From Rhizophagus irregularis (taxonomy: Eukaryota), in the NCBI RefSeq assembly GCF_026210795.1, contig NC_089429.1, positions 4,030,001-4,094,000 of the forward strand: a stretch of 64,000 bases of DNA. Direction: 5' to 3'. The position numbers and the translations under genes are program-made. The notes beneath the pieces were generated by a model, which saw only the letters and a program-made list of their open reading frames with translations, had not been told where the DNA came from and made no database searches. The number at the start of each line of letters is the position of its first letter. Within the stretch, counting starts at the first letter, position 1. This document shows, piece by piece, positions 48,706 through 63,146 of this stretch.

Positions 48706-51350
48706 CACATTATTATTGAAGATCAACCGTATGACCGAAAAAATTATGTAATCTTTATAAATATTTATAATAAAAAGAATTCTATTTAAATCAAATCTAG
48801 AGTCTGGATCCGTTCATCCACTCCAAGTTTTGTACTCCAAAGTCACGTGAATGGCTGCGTAGATAGTATATACTTTAATGTTTGATGCTTATCCATTTTT
48901 TTACGCATAACGGAACTCCTTTTTGGTTCCGCCAAAATTTTTGCCTACAATAGGTAACAGATGCGATGAAAATATGAATGACCAGTCCATTATGAAGGAA
49001 GAAATAGTGTTTAGTTCGGGTTGACAACATAGACAAAAATATTACATGATCTATTTTCAGCCAATCCTTTGGCCAAATTCAATTAACGTTAACGACTTCA
49101 AGTTATTCAGTGGGACTGCCTGTGGAATATTTATGCATTTCCATTTCTGATTAATGCGAAACTGCCTTTACTAATGACGTTCATCATATTTTACAAGATT
49201 AGACAAAAATAATATTCGTACATGAATATTGTGGAATTGATAGGATTCACAAAAGTTTTTCTTATTTGTAACGGTTACCAGTAATTGTACTATTTCCATG
49301 GAAGTGCATAAGTACTTACCCATATGGCTTTAGCCTGAACTCAACCACATTTTTTTATTTATTCGTGAGACTTGTAACTTCTACAAAAGTAGATTAAAAA
49401 ATGAAATACATGTAAAAAACTGTCTTAGGGCGCACTTATGGTAGCTTCGCTAGTTCTCAATAGTGTAACAAGATGTAACGATTGATCCCATTTTGTTGGA
49501 AAAAATATACAATCTCGAACTTTCCAAGTGTAAACGTACATGTTTATGCAGAGAAAACTAGTTGACATATGTTATATAACAAAAGTATCATACTAATTAT
49601 GGACTTACTATATAAGCGATATTATGTGCTGCACTTACAATAGTTTCACTACGTAGTTCCATATCCTCTATCTGAGCTATGTTCATTGCCATAGATAAAA
49701 AATTCTACGAGTTTTTACTTTGTATCCCGCTTAGACATGCTGTTGTTTTGTTTATTTTACTGAAGAAATTCGCTAAAGGGCACCAAAGCCAAATAGACAA
49801 AACAATTATAATGGAAAAAACATGCACGAAAAGCTTTCGAGTTATTGATGGCAACTGATCCATACTGTTATGGGATGAAAACTTTTAATTATATCGCAAG
49901 TATATCTACTGTCTTACATGATAACAACTCTGATTAAGGGTACTGAATTTCGTTACCGTTTTTCTGAACAAAGAAATAAAAACAACATTACCACATGATT
50001 TCTAAACACTCATGGGACTTCTAATATGTAAAAAATATGCTCATTGTTATCTGACAAACTATTTTAACTACATATTGTCCGCTGTGATGAATGTGATCTG
50101 TGTTTTATGAGTTACTACTGCGAGTTGAATATTAGTGGACAACTGTTACTTACTGCGAAAACACATGATACTCTACACTGACCGTCTTGCCCTATTCTCT
50201 GGGAAAATTATCACATTAGATGTTTCATGACCAACGATGTAACTACTCAAGTATACTACACCTTAGAACTGACTCATCTATTCTATATAGATTTGTATGA
50301 AATAATATTAGTGCTAAATTTGTGTAGCGAATCCTTTCAGATTTTCATTTTGTTACACAACCCCCTACTTTCACAAGGTCTATTTATGGACTAGTTTTCT
50401 CCTAGGACTACTGTAACTATGTACTGTTGTTATGTTTCCAAACATTCCCGAGAACATATCCTTAAAACCTGTTTCTTTGGAAAACGATTATTTATTCCAA
50501 CAGTGCAGAATTTGTTTTTTGTAACGATACAGAACACATTTGTTGTAATTTGTTAGTAACAGTGGGCTATGTATTTTTGTAATGATGAAATATATCATTG
50601 AAATCTGTTGGTAACGATAATGTTCTGTTTGTGGCAGTAATCTTCTGGTAACTACGGTATATATTTGGACGATGCCCCCTGTATAAATTTCTTCATTACG
50701 CTTACCTCTTTAACTCTTTATTTTCATGGAATGGACCAAAGGCTTCTTTGTTCCTCACTCTTTAGCGCCTTATAGGGAAAATCATGGAAGTCATTGCCTG
50801 TTACTAGTTCGTATGTATTTTTTTTGTCGATGACGTATCGTTACTGTATATTGTTGTGATCTGTTAGCTGAAGAGCATTTCCTTTAGAAATGAACAATAG
50901 TTACAAGTTCGTATATATTTTTGAATGGCTGAGTATATTTGGTCTGTATATATTTTTGTAACGATGAAGTATATATGGTGGTGATCAGTCAGAGACTGCT
51001 CAAAAAGCAAAATTATTTGGAATGACGAATGTGAAAAAATGGCTATATTAGACGGTTTTTGCCTTTTTCTTTTTCCAAAAAATTATGCTCACCACTGTAT
51101 ATTGTATTGCTGCAGTCTGTTGGTAACGATAGTATATATTTGTTACGAGTTCGTATATATTTTTTGTTTGGTAATGATAATGAACGTATATGTTTATTAC
51201 AAGTTTGTTACATTTTTGTAACGATGAACGTATTTGTTATAGATACTATTGATAACAGTAACGTATATTTTATTTTTTGAACAATGAGGTATGCATTTTG
51301 CTACATCACCCATTGGGTGTCCAATAACATAACAATAATGTACTGAATAT

Positions 51351-53798
51351 CATCAGGAAGTCACGGGAAAAATGTTCATCAAATGTACATCGGTCACTTG
51401 ATGTACATCATAAAGAAACGCTAAACATCGGACCCTGCAATGTACTACCAATGTCACAATATTCGATGTGCATCACCTAATTTTAATGTCCATTAACGAT
51501 GTACATTATTTAAAGATAATAAACATCATATTAAATTTATAATATTATTGAATTTATTTTATTAAATACACTATAACAATAATATTAGCTAAATTTTTCT
51601 ATTATTAAAAGTAACAACTGTTAAAGAAAATGAAAAAAAGACAGTAGGCTTCGCAACGAAACTTACAATCTTTATATTAATTAACTAAATACTCCGGGAC
51701 CTACAAAAAAAGGTTTGAAGTTCAGTTATTCTTCGAAACTTGTCCAAGAAGTACAACCTAACAATAAAAAGATAAAAAAAGTATTAATAAAAAAATTAAT
51801 TTAAAAAAAAATTTTAAAAAAAGTTTCGAAGTAAAACTTCAAAACTTACTAATCCGTTCTGTTAAGATTTGTATATACTTACAAATCTTGATCTTCTTGT
51901 TTTATTCTTCGGAAATTCACCCGAGACCTAAAAAAAAGAAAAAGAACGGTTAGTAACCGTTCCATAATATTTAAAAAAAACAATAAACAAACCATGATTC
52001 GTACTCACGAATCTTGGTTCCACTTTATCCGAAGATTGGAGGCCCACCCGAAACCTAAAAAATAAAACAAAAAGAACGGTTAGAACCGTTCATAGTATTA
52101 AAAAAAAATAAATCTAAGGTTCGTAATATAATACTTACGAACCTTAGTTCTCCTTTTTCTGATCTTCGGAAATCCACCTGATCCTCTAAAAAAAAGAAAG
52201 AAAGAACGGTTAATAAACCGTTCGTAATATTAAAAAAATCCTAAACTAAGTTCGTAGTAAAATACTTACTAACCTCAGTTTATTATTTTCCGTTCTTCGA
52301 AAGACCACCAGATCCTATAAAAAAAAATAAAAGAAAAGAACGGTTAGTAACCGTTCGTAATATTAAAAAAAATAAAAAAAAACCCCAAAAGATTCGTACT
52401 AGTACCAACGAATCTTTAGGTTTTTCCATTCTTCTGAGACACTGAACCTATAAAAATAAAAAAAGGAACGGTTAGTAAACCGTTCCATAATAATAAAAAA
52501 ATAAATAAAAATCAAGATTCTTACGAATCTTGGTTCCCCGTTCGTCAGAAGCCCACCAAACCTATAAAAGAAAAAAAGGAACGGTTAGTAAACCGTTCCA
52601 TAAAATAAAAAAAATACCAAGATTCTTACGAATCTTGGTTTCCGTTCGTCGGAAGCTCACCGAACCTATGAAAAAAAAGAAAGGAACGGTTAGTAAACCG
52701 TTCCATAAAATTAAAAATAAAAAAAAGATTCGTACTTAGTACCGTTACGAATCTTTGGTCTTCCGTTCTTCGGAACTCGGAAGCCCACCCGAACCTAAAC
52801 AAAAAAAAAGAATGGTTATTAGTAACCGTTCGTAATAATAAATAATAAAAAATAAAAATAAAAAACCAAGATTCGTACGTACTTACGAATCTTGGTTTCT
52901 CCTTTTCCGAAAATTGGAAGTCCATCCGAAATCTAAAAAGAAAAGAACGGTTATTAGTAACTGTTTCAAAATAATAAAAAAAAAACAAATAAAACCAAGA
53001 TTCTTACGATCTTTGTTCAAGTCCCCATCCTCCAATCCCCCCTTCCCAGTTTTTTACCTCAAAGTCCAGTTTCGTATTCAAGCCGGCGTCCTCGTTCTAC
53101 AAAAAAAAAATAATGAAAGAAACGTTAGTAGTTCGTTTCTTAAAATAAAATAACAAAAATCTCCCCTCCTTTCCCATTTCTCACTACCTAAAGTCCGGTT
53201 TCGTAGTATTCAAGCCGGCGTCCTCCTAGTGCGCGTCCTACAAAAAAATAACAATAAGAAATGTTAAGTTGTTTCTTAAATTAAAAAAAAAGAAAATTAA
53301 AAAAAAATAAATTAAAAAAAATATGTAAGTTTCGAAATGAAACTTACATTACTTTCAAGAAAAAGAGGCGTGAGAAAAGGGGGAAGGGAAGGACGAAAGG
53401 GAGGGAGGGACAAAAGGAAAGGAAAGGAAGATAAGGGAAGGGAAGGGGGGAAAGGAAGGACGATAGGGGAAGGATGAAAAATGAAAAGTTTAAAAAAAGA
53501 TGATGATGATCCTTTTTTAAACTTTTAATATGCGTAACGCGTGATGTTTTAATTAGTGCACTATTTCAGTTGACCAATGTCTAATCGTAGATCATGACTA
53601 GTGCGCTAATATAAAAAATTATAAATTTGATAAATATTGAATTATCATTATTTAATGCTGCACATCATGATAAAAATCTCATTGATGATGCTCATTAATG
53701 TTAAATATTACATGTTCATTTAAAATAATGAATATTATAATATACATGATCTACAAAAATGTACATGTAATAAACATTTTTCCTGTAACTTCCTGATG
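51351..53798. mobile_element. Non-autonomous CMC-like element with CATCAGGAAGT termini, carrying a minus-strand mini-intron array
   Basis: TIR catcaggaagtcacgggaaaaatgtt / aacatttttcctgtaacttcctgatg; AT or ATAT duplicated on the flanks. Confidence 0.85.
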
Positions 53799-54674
53799 AT
53801 ATTACGAGCTTAAAGTATATCTTTTGTAGTGATGAAGTATATGTTGTTGCATGGCCACTGGTAACAATTTCTGTACATATTTTTTTGTAACAGTGATGTG
53901 TATATTAGTTACGGTCTGTATATTTTTTTTTGTAATAAGGTTGATATATTTTTTTCGTAATGATGGATGTATTTTCTTTGTTGCATTGCATATAGTTGGG
54001 TAATGAAGTTTGATTTTATCTTTGTTTCATAAATGTATTTTTTGTAACAGAATATGTGTCGTTGTAACTAAGAATTGTGCCACATAGCCAGGTAAAACAC
54101 GTTCATGCTAATATCCGGTTTATGTCATCTACTTCGTATCATCTGAGTAAAAACCTCTGCTTATATTCTGTATTACTTTCGCCTCTTTGAGGGATACGTA
54201 GCACTTAGAAATGTAGCGCTGATGCATATCTATCGATTTGAACAGGGGTTATCATATAAAAAAGATATGGTCGAATACTTTTATTCTGTAACAGATGAAA
54301 AACAATCCTTGAATGCTGGTGTACATGAAAATAAAAATTATCATTTTAAACATAAGCCCCTATATAAAAAAGAAATGGCTGAGTTTGATTTTTACACTCC
54401 TACTGCCAAAGAACAGGAGATGATCGACCAATATCTTGCAAGGACAGACGCTGAGTACCATGCCAGGAATCGTGCTAATATAGATTCATCTGTGAAAGGT
54501 TTAACGCTGAACTCGTAGAGAAATACGGTGCCGAGAACCTTAAGCCTGAAGACTTTCTTGTCATTTCCGAAGAGGGTTATCACGATGGTTTGTTCGAAAA
54601 ATATTTCAGAGCATGTATTGACAGAGTCGAAAATAAATTCCAAAATAAACAAATTCATATCAATCAAGAGTCTG

Positions 54675-54970
54675 AGGACCCCGGATATCTAATATAAAGG
54701 TCATAATGGACTTTTGGCCAAAAACACCCCTTTTTGCTAAAACTCAAAAAATCGTTTTTTGTAAATATCTCAGCATCCAGTAATTTAATTTTAATGAACA
54801 TTTTTTTATTTTGTAGCCCTCATTTAGCTCTACAATTTAAAAAAAAGTTCATCAAAATTGGACCACTGGATGCCGAGATATTTACAAAAAACAATTTTTT
54901 GAGCCCTGAAAAATGGGCCAATCTGCCGAAAGTGTGACTTATGACCTGTTTTGGAGATATCTGGGGTCCT
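54675..54970. mobile_element. MITE with 8-bp TSD (superfamily uncertain)
   Basis: TIR aggaccccggatatct/agatatctggggtcct; TSD agagtctg. Confidence 0.88.
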
Positions 54971-55088
54971 AGAGTCTGCGTTTTTACCTGTTGTCATGAA
55001 TGATGCTCTGCGAGAAATGCTAGCTCGCCCCGACTATTCGGAATGTATTGCTTCTTTCGTAGCAAGTATTAATGGACATTCTTCTAAC

Positions 55089-56287
55089 TAAAGCTCTGAA
55101 CGGTTCGGGCTAAACCGGGGAACCGATCCAAAACCGGCTCAAAATTCGGTTAGGTTCGGTTCGGGTATTAGAACCGAAAAACTGGCGGTTCGGTTCGGTT
55201 TAATCCAATTTTTTATAAAAATGCGAAAAATCGAATAGCCGGCCATCTAGTGATCGTACAAAGTCCAACCATATATCATTGGATTCGTCTCGACGAGACG
55301 CGTCGAATGGTAGTAAGATCATGTCTCTAGCATCGATAGATCACACGTTAACTCACGCTAAATGATTTATAAATAATTGGAATTAGCAAGTTATCTATCG
55401 GTGCTAGAGACATGATCTTAGCACCATTCGACGCGTCTCAGTGAGACGAATCCAATGAATATAAATTCGTCCGTGTACGACCACTGGATGGCGAATAATA
55501 TCAAGTTTCGCATTTTTTTAAAATTTTTGAGCGTTAAAAATTAAAAATTCCGATACATGAATTTATTCGTCGTCCAATGGTCGTACAAATATAAATTAGG
55601 ACTCATTGGATTCGTCTCGATGAGACGAGTCGAATGGTGGTAAGATCATGTCTCTAGCATTAATAGATCGTATTTTAATTCACGCTAAATGATTTATAAA
55701 AAATTGGCATTAGCAAGCTATCTATCGATGCTAGAGACGTGATCTTACCACCATTCGACTCGTCTCATCGAGACGAATCCAATGAGTCCTAATTTATATT
55801 TGTACGACCATTGGACGACGAATAAATTCATGTATCGGAATTTTTAATTTTTAACGCTCAAAAATTTTAAAAAAATGCGAAACTTGATATTATTCGCCAT
55901 CCAGTGGTCGTACACAGACGAATTTATATTCATTGGATTCGTCTCACTGAGACGCGTCGAATGGTGCTAAGATCATGTCTCTAGCACCGATAGATAGCTT
56001 GTTAATTCCAATTATTTATAAATCATTTAGCGTAGGCTAACGTGTGATCTATCGATGCTAGAGATATGATCTTACCACCATTCGACGCGTTTCGTCGAGA
56101 CGAATCCAATGATATATGGCTCGACTTTGTACGATCACTAGATGACCAGCTATTCGATTTTTCGCATTTTTATAAAAATCGGATTAAACCGAACTGAACC
56201 GCCAGTTTTTCGGTTCAGTTCTTACGGATTTCGGCTCTAATCCGAACCATCTATAATCTGGACCAAACCGACCCATTCGGAGCTTTA
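55089..56287. mobile_element. hAT-type foldback element with long internal palindrome
   Basis: TIR taaagctctgaa/ttcggagcttta; 8-bp TSD cttctaac; arms ~55170-55670 and ~55720-56215 are reverse complements. Confidence 0.92.
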
Positions 56288-58318
56288 CTTCTAACACTAA
56301 AGGTGAATTGAAACCTAACACAACTGTCAATGGAGATACTAATAATTCGTGTTCATTGCCCCTAAGCGAGTCATGGTCGAAAGGAAAGGAGAACAAAGAA
56401 GTGCCACAACCAAGTCATTCACCTCGTGGACAACGCCCAGAATTTGCCAATAACCCGAAGTGTGATGGTAACGAGTATGCTGGTATTTCTGTCATTCCAT
56501 TATTCACAGACGATGCAAAAACAAGTAATCTCTCTTCTTGTCCACATTCATCAACTTACAGTCCTATGAGAAGTGCCATGGAGTCCCGTAGTTACCTGCA
56601 AGAATTTCACCTAAAGGAATTAGTACACTGTAATACAGAGCCTAGTCCCGTGCTATGCTCACGAAGTGAAGGGAGGAAGAAACTTGTCTTCGCACACAGA
56701 ATCGATGGATAAAAATAGACAGATAATGGGGATGATGTCCACGACGATTAGAATACAAGGAACCGGCACATCATGTGGTATAGAGCTAGCTATTTAAGGT
56801 AATAATAAAATATCTGTTAACGATATGGAGATACAAATACGCCATCATGATGAAGATAAAAGTAGCCTAACTTTTGAAGGATCCCGTATTGGCAACAACA
56901 TCAAGTCTTTTGTATCGAGTACATCAGTACCTGTTGTACTTCGTTCATTGTTATTTAGTTCTGGAGGGACACATATACACAGAATCTCAGCTAATCCATA
57001 TATTTCTGTAAGCACGCAATCGTTAAAACATCATATGACAGAGTGGCTTTACCTGCGTTGGAAACATATGAGAATAAAGGGAAGAATATCGTTAATGTTT
57101 GGTTCAATTGTCGTCAAAAGCAAAACACTTTCAGTTCCATCAAGACTCGATTATATATTCATTGTTTCATCATATCTGCAAGATAGTTAACGATACTCTG
57201 GGATTAAAAAAGCTATCTACACTAACAAACTTATTCCACTTACGTACAGTTAATCATGTTCATCTACGTTTGTGGATAAATAATGGATAGAGATTTGTAG
57301 GTTATATCTAAGGGAAAAAATGAAACCTGATCATAGCCTCTACGATTATCACATGAAAATGTTCTCTGGTTAACAGGCACAGTAATACCTGAACTGAGTT
57401 CACCGTCTCAGCACGTAACTTTTAACACACAAAAAATCATAACTATACAAGGGTGTATTTATCTAAAAAATATGGGAAGACTATGCTTACCACCAAAATA
57501 TGGGGAGAATACAATTGTTCACAAACATGAGGGTTTTTGTGTCATCTGGAAAACACGTAGATATAAATTACTTATTGGATACTTTTTATCCCGATATTAA
57601 TACAACCTCATATGTACCTAAGCATATATCCATAATTAAAGAATCCATTCTGAATGATTAAGAATAACATGGTGAAGTTTAGTATGCTAAGCGTATAAAT
57701 GATGTTATCGATAAGATCATCTATCAGAGCGGACAGTAATAACTGTGAATAAAATGAAAAGCCATGGTTAACTTTGAAGAACATAAAAATAAGATGAGTG
57801 TTGCAAACATTTTATTGTTTCGGTTAATTATAATATTACAAGGCAATTGAGCGTGGTTTTTGGCTAACAATTGTTGTCCACTTATATTCTTCTCTGTGGG
57901 CGATATCCGTTGTACGTTATCACCTACGGTATATTGTCCACTATATTCCTTTTCGCAGTTGTTATGTCATATTCCGCTTGAACTTTTTCAGTGTATCATA
58001 TGACCACACGGGACAGATTATTAGTGGACAACAGACATTAAACGTGACATCGATACCCAAGGGTCCTATGTCATGTGCTCTTGAGCGTTAATGTAGTAAC
58101 TTTCGAATTAATATCTAGTGATGAGCAAAACTATTTACGTATTTTATTTTGTGAAATATCATTTGAATACGAAAAATTGTTGCCGTATTAAAAGTGGCTT
58201 TACAAAAACTACATTATCGCTATGTATAACAGCTTCAGGATATCTATTAATTGTTTTACAGAATCGAATATTTTTATTACTTAAAATAACAGTTATACAT
58301 CAACAATAAACGGAAACA

Positions 58319-59560
58319 TTAGATAGGGATGTGATTTATATAATAGTTGTAACCCTTTTTTTTCTTCACAAAGTCAAACCCATCATCATATTGCGAATTA
58401 AAGGTCTTATCTATTTTAGGTGTATATAAATTACCTATCAAGTTACACTTTAGTTTTGGATCGATAATACTTAGAGCATAACCGATGACCGCTAAACGTA
58501 ACCATAACTGACGATATCCTTTGGTTACCATATCTGTGCTATCAGACGTTTTTATCTCTCCAATCTCAATGTTAAACGTTTCAATTTCGCCATTTGATGT
58601 CAAAGGTGTTAACAGTCCTCATTCATCTATTTCCAGTTTTTCTACAAATGGTACTTGTTTGTATTTTATGGCGCTTTGTAAACTCATTACCATAGAAGAA
58701 AAAAGCATGATCGTGAACCCAGGTTCATGGATTAAAAAAGAGCGTCGTTCTTTACTTCCTAACCGTTGACAAATATGTTAGTTTCTCTATCCGATATTTT
58801 TGTAAGATTGTAGCCACCATAATCACGAAATTTTTGTCTATCCCATGATGGTACTATCTTGTTCATGAATGATAACATCTATTACTCTACCTTTTCTTTC
58901 CTTAACTTCTTTTATGAGTTTGTCCGCACGAGAATAAGGATTATCCCAATTTGAATTTGGATACACTTCTCTAGCCCTTTTGAGATTTTTCTCAAACTTA
59001 TCAATTAACTTCATTTCCTATCAGAAAAATAAACATTATTATAAAAACTAAACTCCGAAAGTGCGTGATTATTTCAGGAGAAACAATAATTACAAGTCAT
59101 CACTCACAAAAATGTGGTTTGCTATCTTATTCGTTCTATGTTCTAAAATAGAAACCTGGTTATCATATTCCAATTCTTTGGACGAAAGTTTTTCTTTTGG
59201 TGTGGATAACCTAACGAGACCATTTACATCAAAGACTACGAAACCTTCCGAATAATGTTGTCCATGTTTTTTAGCAATCTCATTTCTAGCTATCATTTTA
59301 AAAGTATGACCATTTTCTGTTCGCAATTTTTCTACTTTCTCATCGAGCTTTTCTATTCTCTTATCGAGCTTTTTTACTTTCTCATCGAGCTTTTTTACTT
59401 TCTCATCGAGCTTTTTTACTTTCTCATTGAGCTTTTCTACTTTGTCTTTGACATCTTTTAACTCCTTCAAATTATTCTCTACCTCTCCTTTAATTTCTTG
59501 AACAGTCTTCTCGAGAGAACTCAATTTTTGTAAGATTATAGCTAGACTATGATCTGTCAT
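58319..59560 (-). pseudogene. Coiled-coil protein with possible PD-(D/E)xK nuclease-like C-terminus
   Basis: KLDEKVK heptads from a 21-bp DNA repeat; intron starting gtgagt near 59105; LEID...IEIGEIK...GYRQL motif; in-frame stop and frameshifts. Confidence 0.5.
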
Positions 59561-59826
59561 TATTGTTATAATGCAACAATTTATCATAATCATTAAAAAA
59601 GAATTTAATATATAACATTTTAAGGTTTTACCAGGACTATTTACTTGCTGTGGATTCTCGTCTGAGCCTATGAACCCAGGTTCCTAGGACCTCCTATATA
59701 AACAGCGTGGTTGAGCGGCAAGACAGTCAGTTTAGAGAGTTAGTTTGATAATCTGTTTTTGTTTTATTATTGTGTCGTGAAAGGAAACTAACGTTGAAAA
59801 ATTTTTTAAGTTTCATAGTGGTAGTC

Positions 59827-60912
59827 TAGAGCTCCGAATGGGTCAGGTCAGGTCAGGTTAATTGATAAACCTGACCTGAAATTTTTTTTCAGGTCAGGTC
59901 AGGTCAGGTTATATCAGGTTGTCTGTTTGACCTGACCTGACCTGAAACCTGAAAAATTTCAGGACTATTTTTATTAAAGTATTGAAAAAAAAACGGTACA
60001 AAACTTTTTTTTTTAATATAATATTATGAAAAAAAACGTTTTTGCAACGTTTTTATTAAAATATTGAAAAAAATATTGCAAAACGTTTTTTTTAATATAA
60101 CATTATGAAAAAAATGTTTTCGCAACGTTATTATTGAAATATCAAAAAAAAAACGTTATGAAACATTTTTTTAATATAATATTATGAAAAAACGTTGCCG
60201 TTTTTTCTCAAAATATTGTGATTCAACATTTTTATATTAAAATCATATAAAAAAGTGAATCGCAATACCGCAATTCACTTTTTTTATATAGAATTAATAT
60301 AAAAAAAATGAGTTGCGGTATTGCGATTCACTTTTTTATATTGATTTTGTATAAAAAAAGTGAGTTGCGGTATTGCGATTCACTTTTATATATAGATTCT
60401 ATATAAAAAAAGTGAGTTGCGGTATTGCAATTCACTTTTTTTTATATAGAATTAATATAAAAAAGTGAATCGCAATATCGCAACTCACTTTTATTATATA
60501 AAATCAATATAAAAAAGTGAATCGCAATACCGCAACTTACTTTTTTTATATAGAATCTATATAAAAAAGTGAATCGCAATACTGCAACTCACTTTTATTA
60601 TATAAAATCAATATAAAAAAGTGAATCGCAATACTGCAACTCACTTTTATTATATAAAATCAATATAAAAAAGTGAATCGCAATACTGCAACTCACTTTT
60701 ATTATATAAAATCAATATAAAAAAGTGAATCGCAATACTGCAACTCACTTTTATTATATAGTAGAATCAATAGTTTCAGGTCAACAGGTCAATCAGGTCA
60801 GGTCAATCTTCATACCTGACATGAATTTTTTTTAAAAATCTCATACCTGACCTGAATTTCAGGTCAGGTTAGGTCAGGTTACCTGAATTTGGCTGACCTA
60901 TTCGGAGCTCTA
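59827..60912. mobile_element. hAT-type MITE with internal tandem repeats
   Basis: TIR tagagctccgaat(g/a)ggtcag; imperfect TSD agtggta(gt)c/agtggtac; aaaagtgaatcgcaatac...gcaactcactttt repeats at 60250-60760. Confidence 0.88.
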
Positions 60913-62867
60913 AGTGGTACATAATAAAGTAACTTGTCTTGTTTAAAGTATTTATACGAACTCGATGATTTGCAGAGTATATCGGTAGGGCTTGGTAACA
61001 ATTCGATAATCTGATTGAGTAACGGGTTTTAGCCCATGAATTGCAAATCCCAAATTGTACGATTCTATCCTTGAATATCGAAATAAAAGTATTAACATTT
61101 TGGACGTAGGATAGCTCCAACTGCATTCTGCTGACAGCATAAAACATAGGATCTTACTTTATCGGAATTCAGATTTTCTCAATGAACCATACCGACTTTA
61201 GGAATCTTCAAAAACAAATCGTAATGAATGGCAAGACTATCAGGGATCTGTTTCACAAATCTGGATTAATAACATTGTAACTCTAGCTGTCTACATATAA
61301 GCAATAATCCTATTGTGTACAAACAACCAGAATATATTAGCATGCAAATGATCTAACAGTAACTCGCTAATATATTGTTGATCTATCAGCATTTCTGAAT
61401 TCCGATTTCTAGTTTCGGAGAAATGATCCTTCGTATCGCACATCATCGACAACACACCTCTTAAGTCTATCAAACGTTTTAGTTGAAGATCGACTCTATC
61501 CAAAATAAACGGTGGAATATTATTACTCCAATAAGTAATTCCTAGAATAAACATGAAAAGGTAATTAGTGTTAACGTAGGAACTAAGAATTTGTATTAAA
61601 CTGCATGTATACTTGTTTACATAAGTCACTATTCGAAAGGGGCTTCAACAAAAATATAAAATATCCGAAATACCTAATAATTCATGGGTAATTGAAATTT
61701 GACTTAGGAGTGAACATATTCCCATTTTTGTAGTCAATCGAAGACTAATTAACTTAGGATAACATGAAACTATCAAGAAGATACACTATTGTATAGGATA
61801 GTTAGATATCGGACATTATTCTTGTTTTCGATTACTAAAAAAAATGATTACCGCATTCCCACTAGTTACGCTTCTCTTTAGAGTTCCTCCGGAATAGCGC
61901 CCTTCAGGTAATTTTCTTATTGCCATTGATATTTGTAGTTGAATGCTTAATATCAATAATTGTGTCTATCATTACTTATCTGGCGTTTTGATTATTGAAA
62001 ACAATAACCACCAGGAAATAAAATTATTTCGCATAATTTTTGTCATCATTTTTCTAATATCCCTGTTTCTATTACTAGTTTTGAGAAATCATCCTTCATC
62101 AAAATACATACGTGATCGAATTCCTATATCGAATTCCTATATCGATATCTTGTTCACATGATACATATTTCATTTCTCTCATACAGATGTTGATGTTTCT
62201 GTTATCATCCATTTTTGTTATTGTCTTCAGTCAGAATCACATAATTACCTTATCATACCATGTTGTTAACAACACGTCTTCTAAAATATAAGAGAAAATG
62301 TCTGTCCATAATAACACTGATTTAAACGTGGCCATGTTCTTAAGCATTGGGTCATGATAGGGTTATTGATTATAGCACATTTGTATGGTTCTACACATCA
62401 CTAGGGGTCTATTCGACATTGCTCTTAAACAACAAATAGATTCTCAAAAGAAATTGTCCAGACAGATAGGAAATAGATAAGGATAGTAATCGAAAACAAA
62501 ATGTGGAGCATTCCCAAATCGTTCCATTAATTCATTGTATTTGTTGTAACTACGCACAACCCATATAGGATAAATGTTTTGTCAGTTGCGAAACAACAAT
62601 AATAAAGAATAGATTTTCTTGTGTTTTACATTATTTTCTCGACAGAAAGAACTTTCGAGTCCACAATATATCTAAATGTGAAACAGTGAAAAAATAAGTA
62701 ATATGATTCTTCAGCCATTATTGTATACCTCTTAACTACTAGATAATAAACAGTTTTATCGTAAATAAATATGTTTATGTAAATAGTTACCTTTTCGCCA
62801 TTGCATATAACCAATCTCAAGCCCTTTACTGTTTGCACTTAAGTAGAACTATTTCCATATTCACTAT

Positions 62868-63146
62868 CACTGGTAAAAAAATGGTCTATCCTACACATAT
62901 CCTACACATATCTTACATATATCGGGTACTCAAAATGTAGAAAATCATACACAAATAATACACATATCATACACATATCGGGTACTTATATATATAGTAT
63001 ACCTATCAGGTACCTGATATATGTATGATATATATATTAGTACCCGATATGTGTATGATATGTGTATTATTTGTGTATGATTTTCTACATTTTGAGTACC
63101 CAATATGTGTAAGATATGTGTAGGATAAATCATTTTTTTACCAGTG
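62868..63146 (+). mobile_element. CACTG MITE
   Basis: TIR cactggtaaaaaaatg/catttttttaccagtg; 3-bp TSD TAT. Confidence 0.93.

Larger units (their letters stand above)
54222..56712 (+). pseudogene. Unknown intronless gene disrupted by two MITEs and a frameshift
   Basis: Removing both MITEs with one TSD copy each gives the continuous frame ...QIHINQES|AFLPVVMND...SINGHSSN|TKGELKPN... Confidence 0.6.

Noticed and set aside
48799..51340. hAT-like start (tagagtctgg) and degenerate gtaacgat-rich sequence
   Set aside because: No matching second terminus, TSD or interpretable ORF.
60869..62840. Short ORFs suggesting a minus-strand gene remnant
   Set aside because: No recognisable domain and no reliable exon model by eye.
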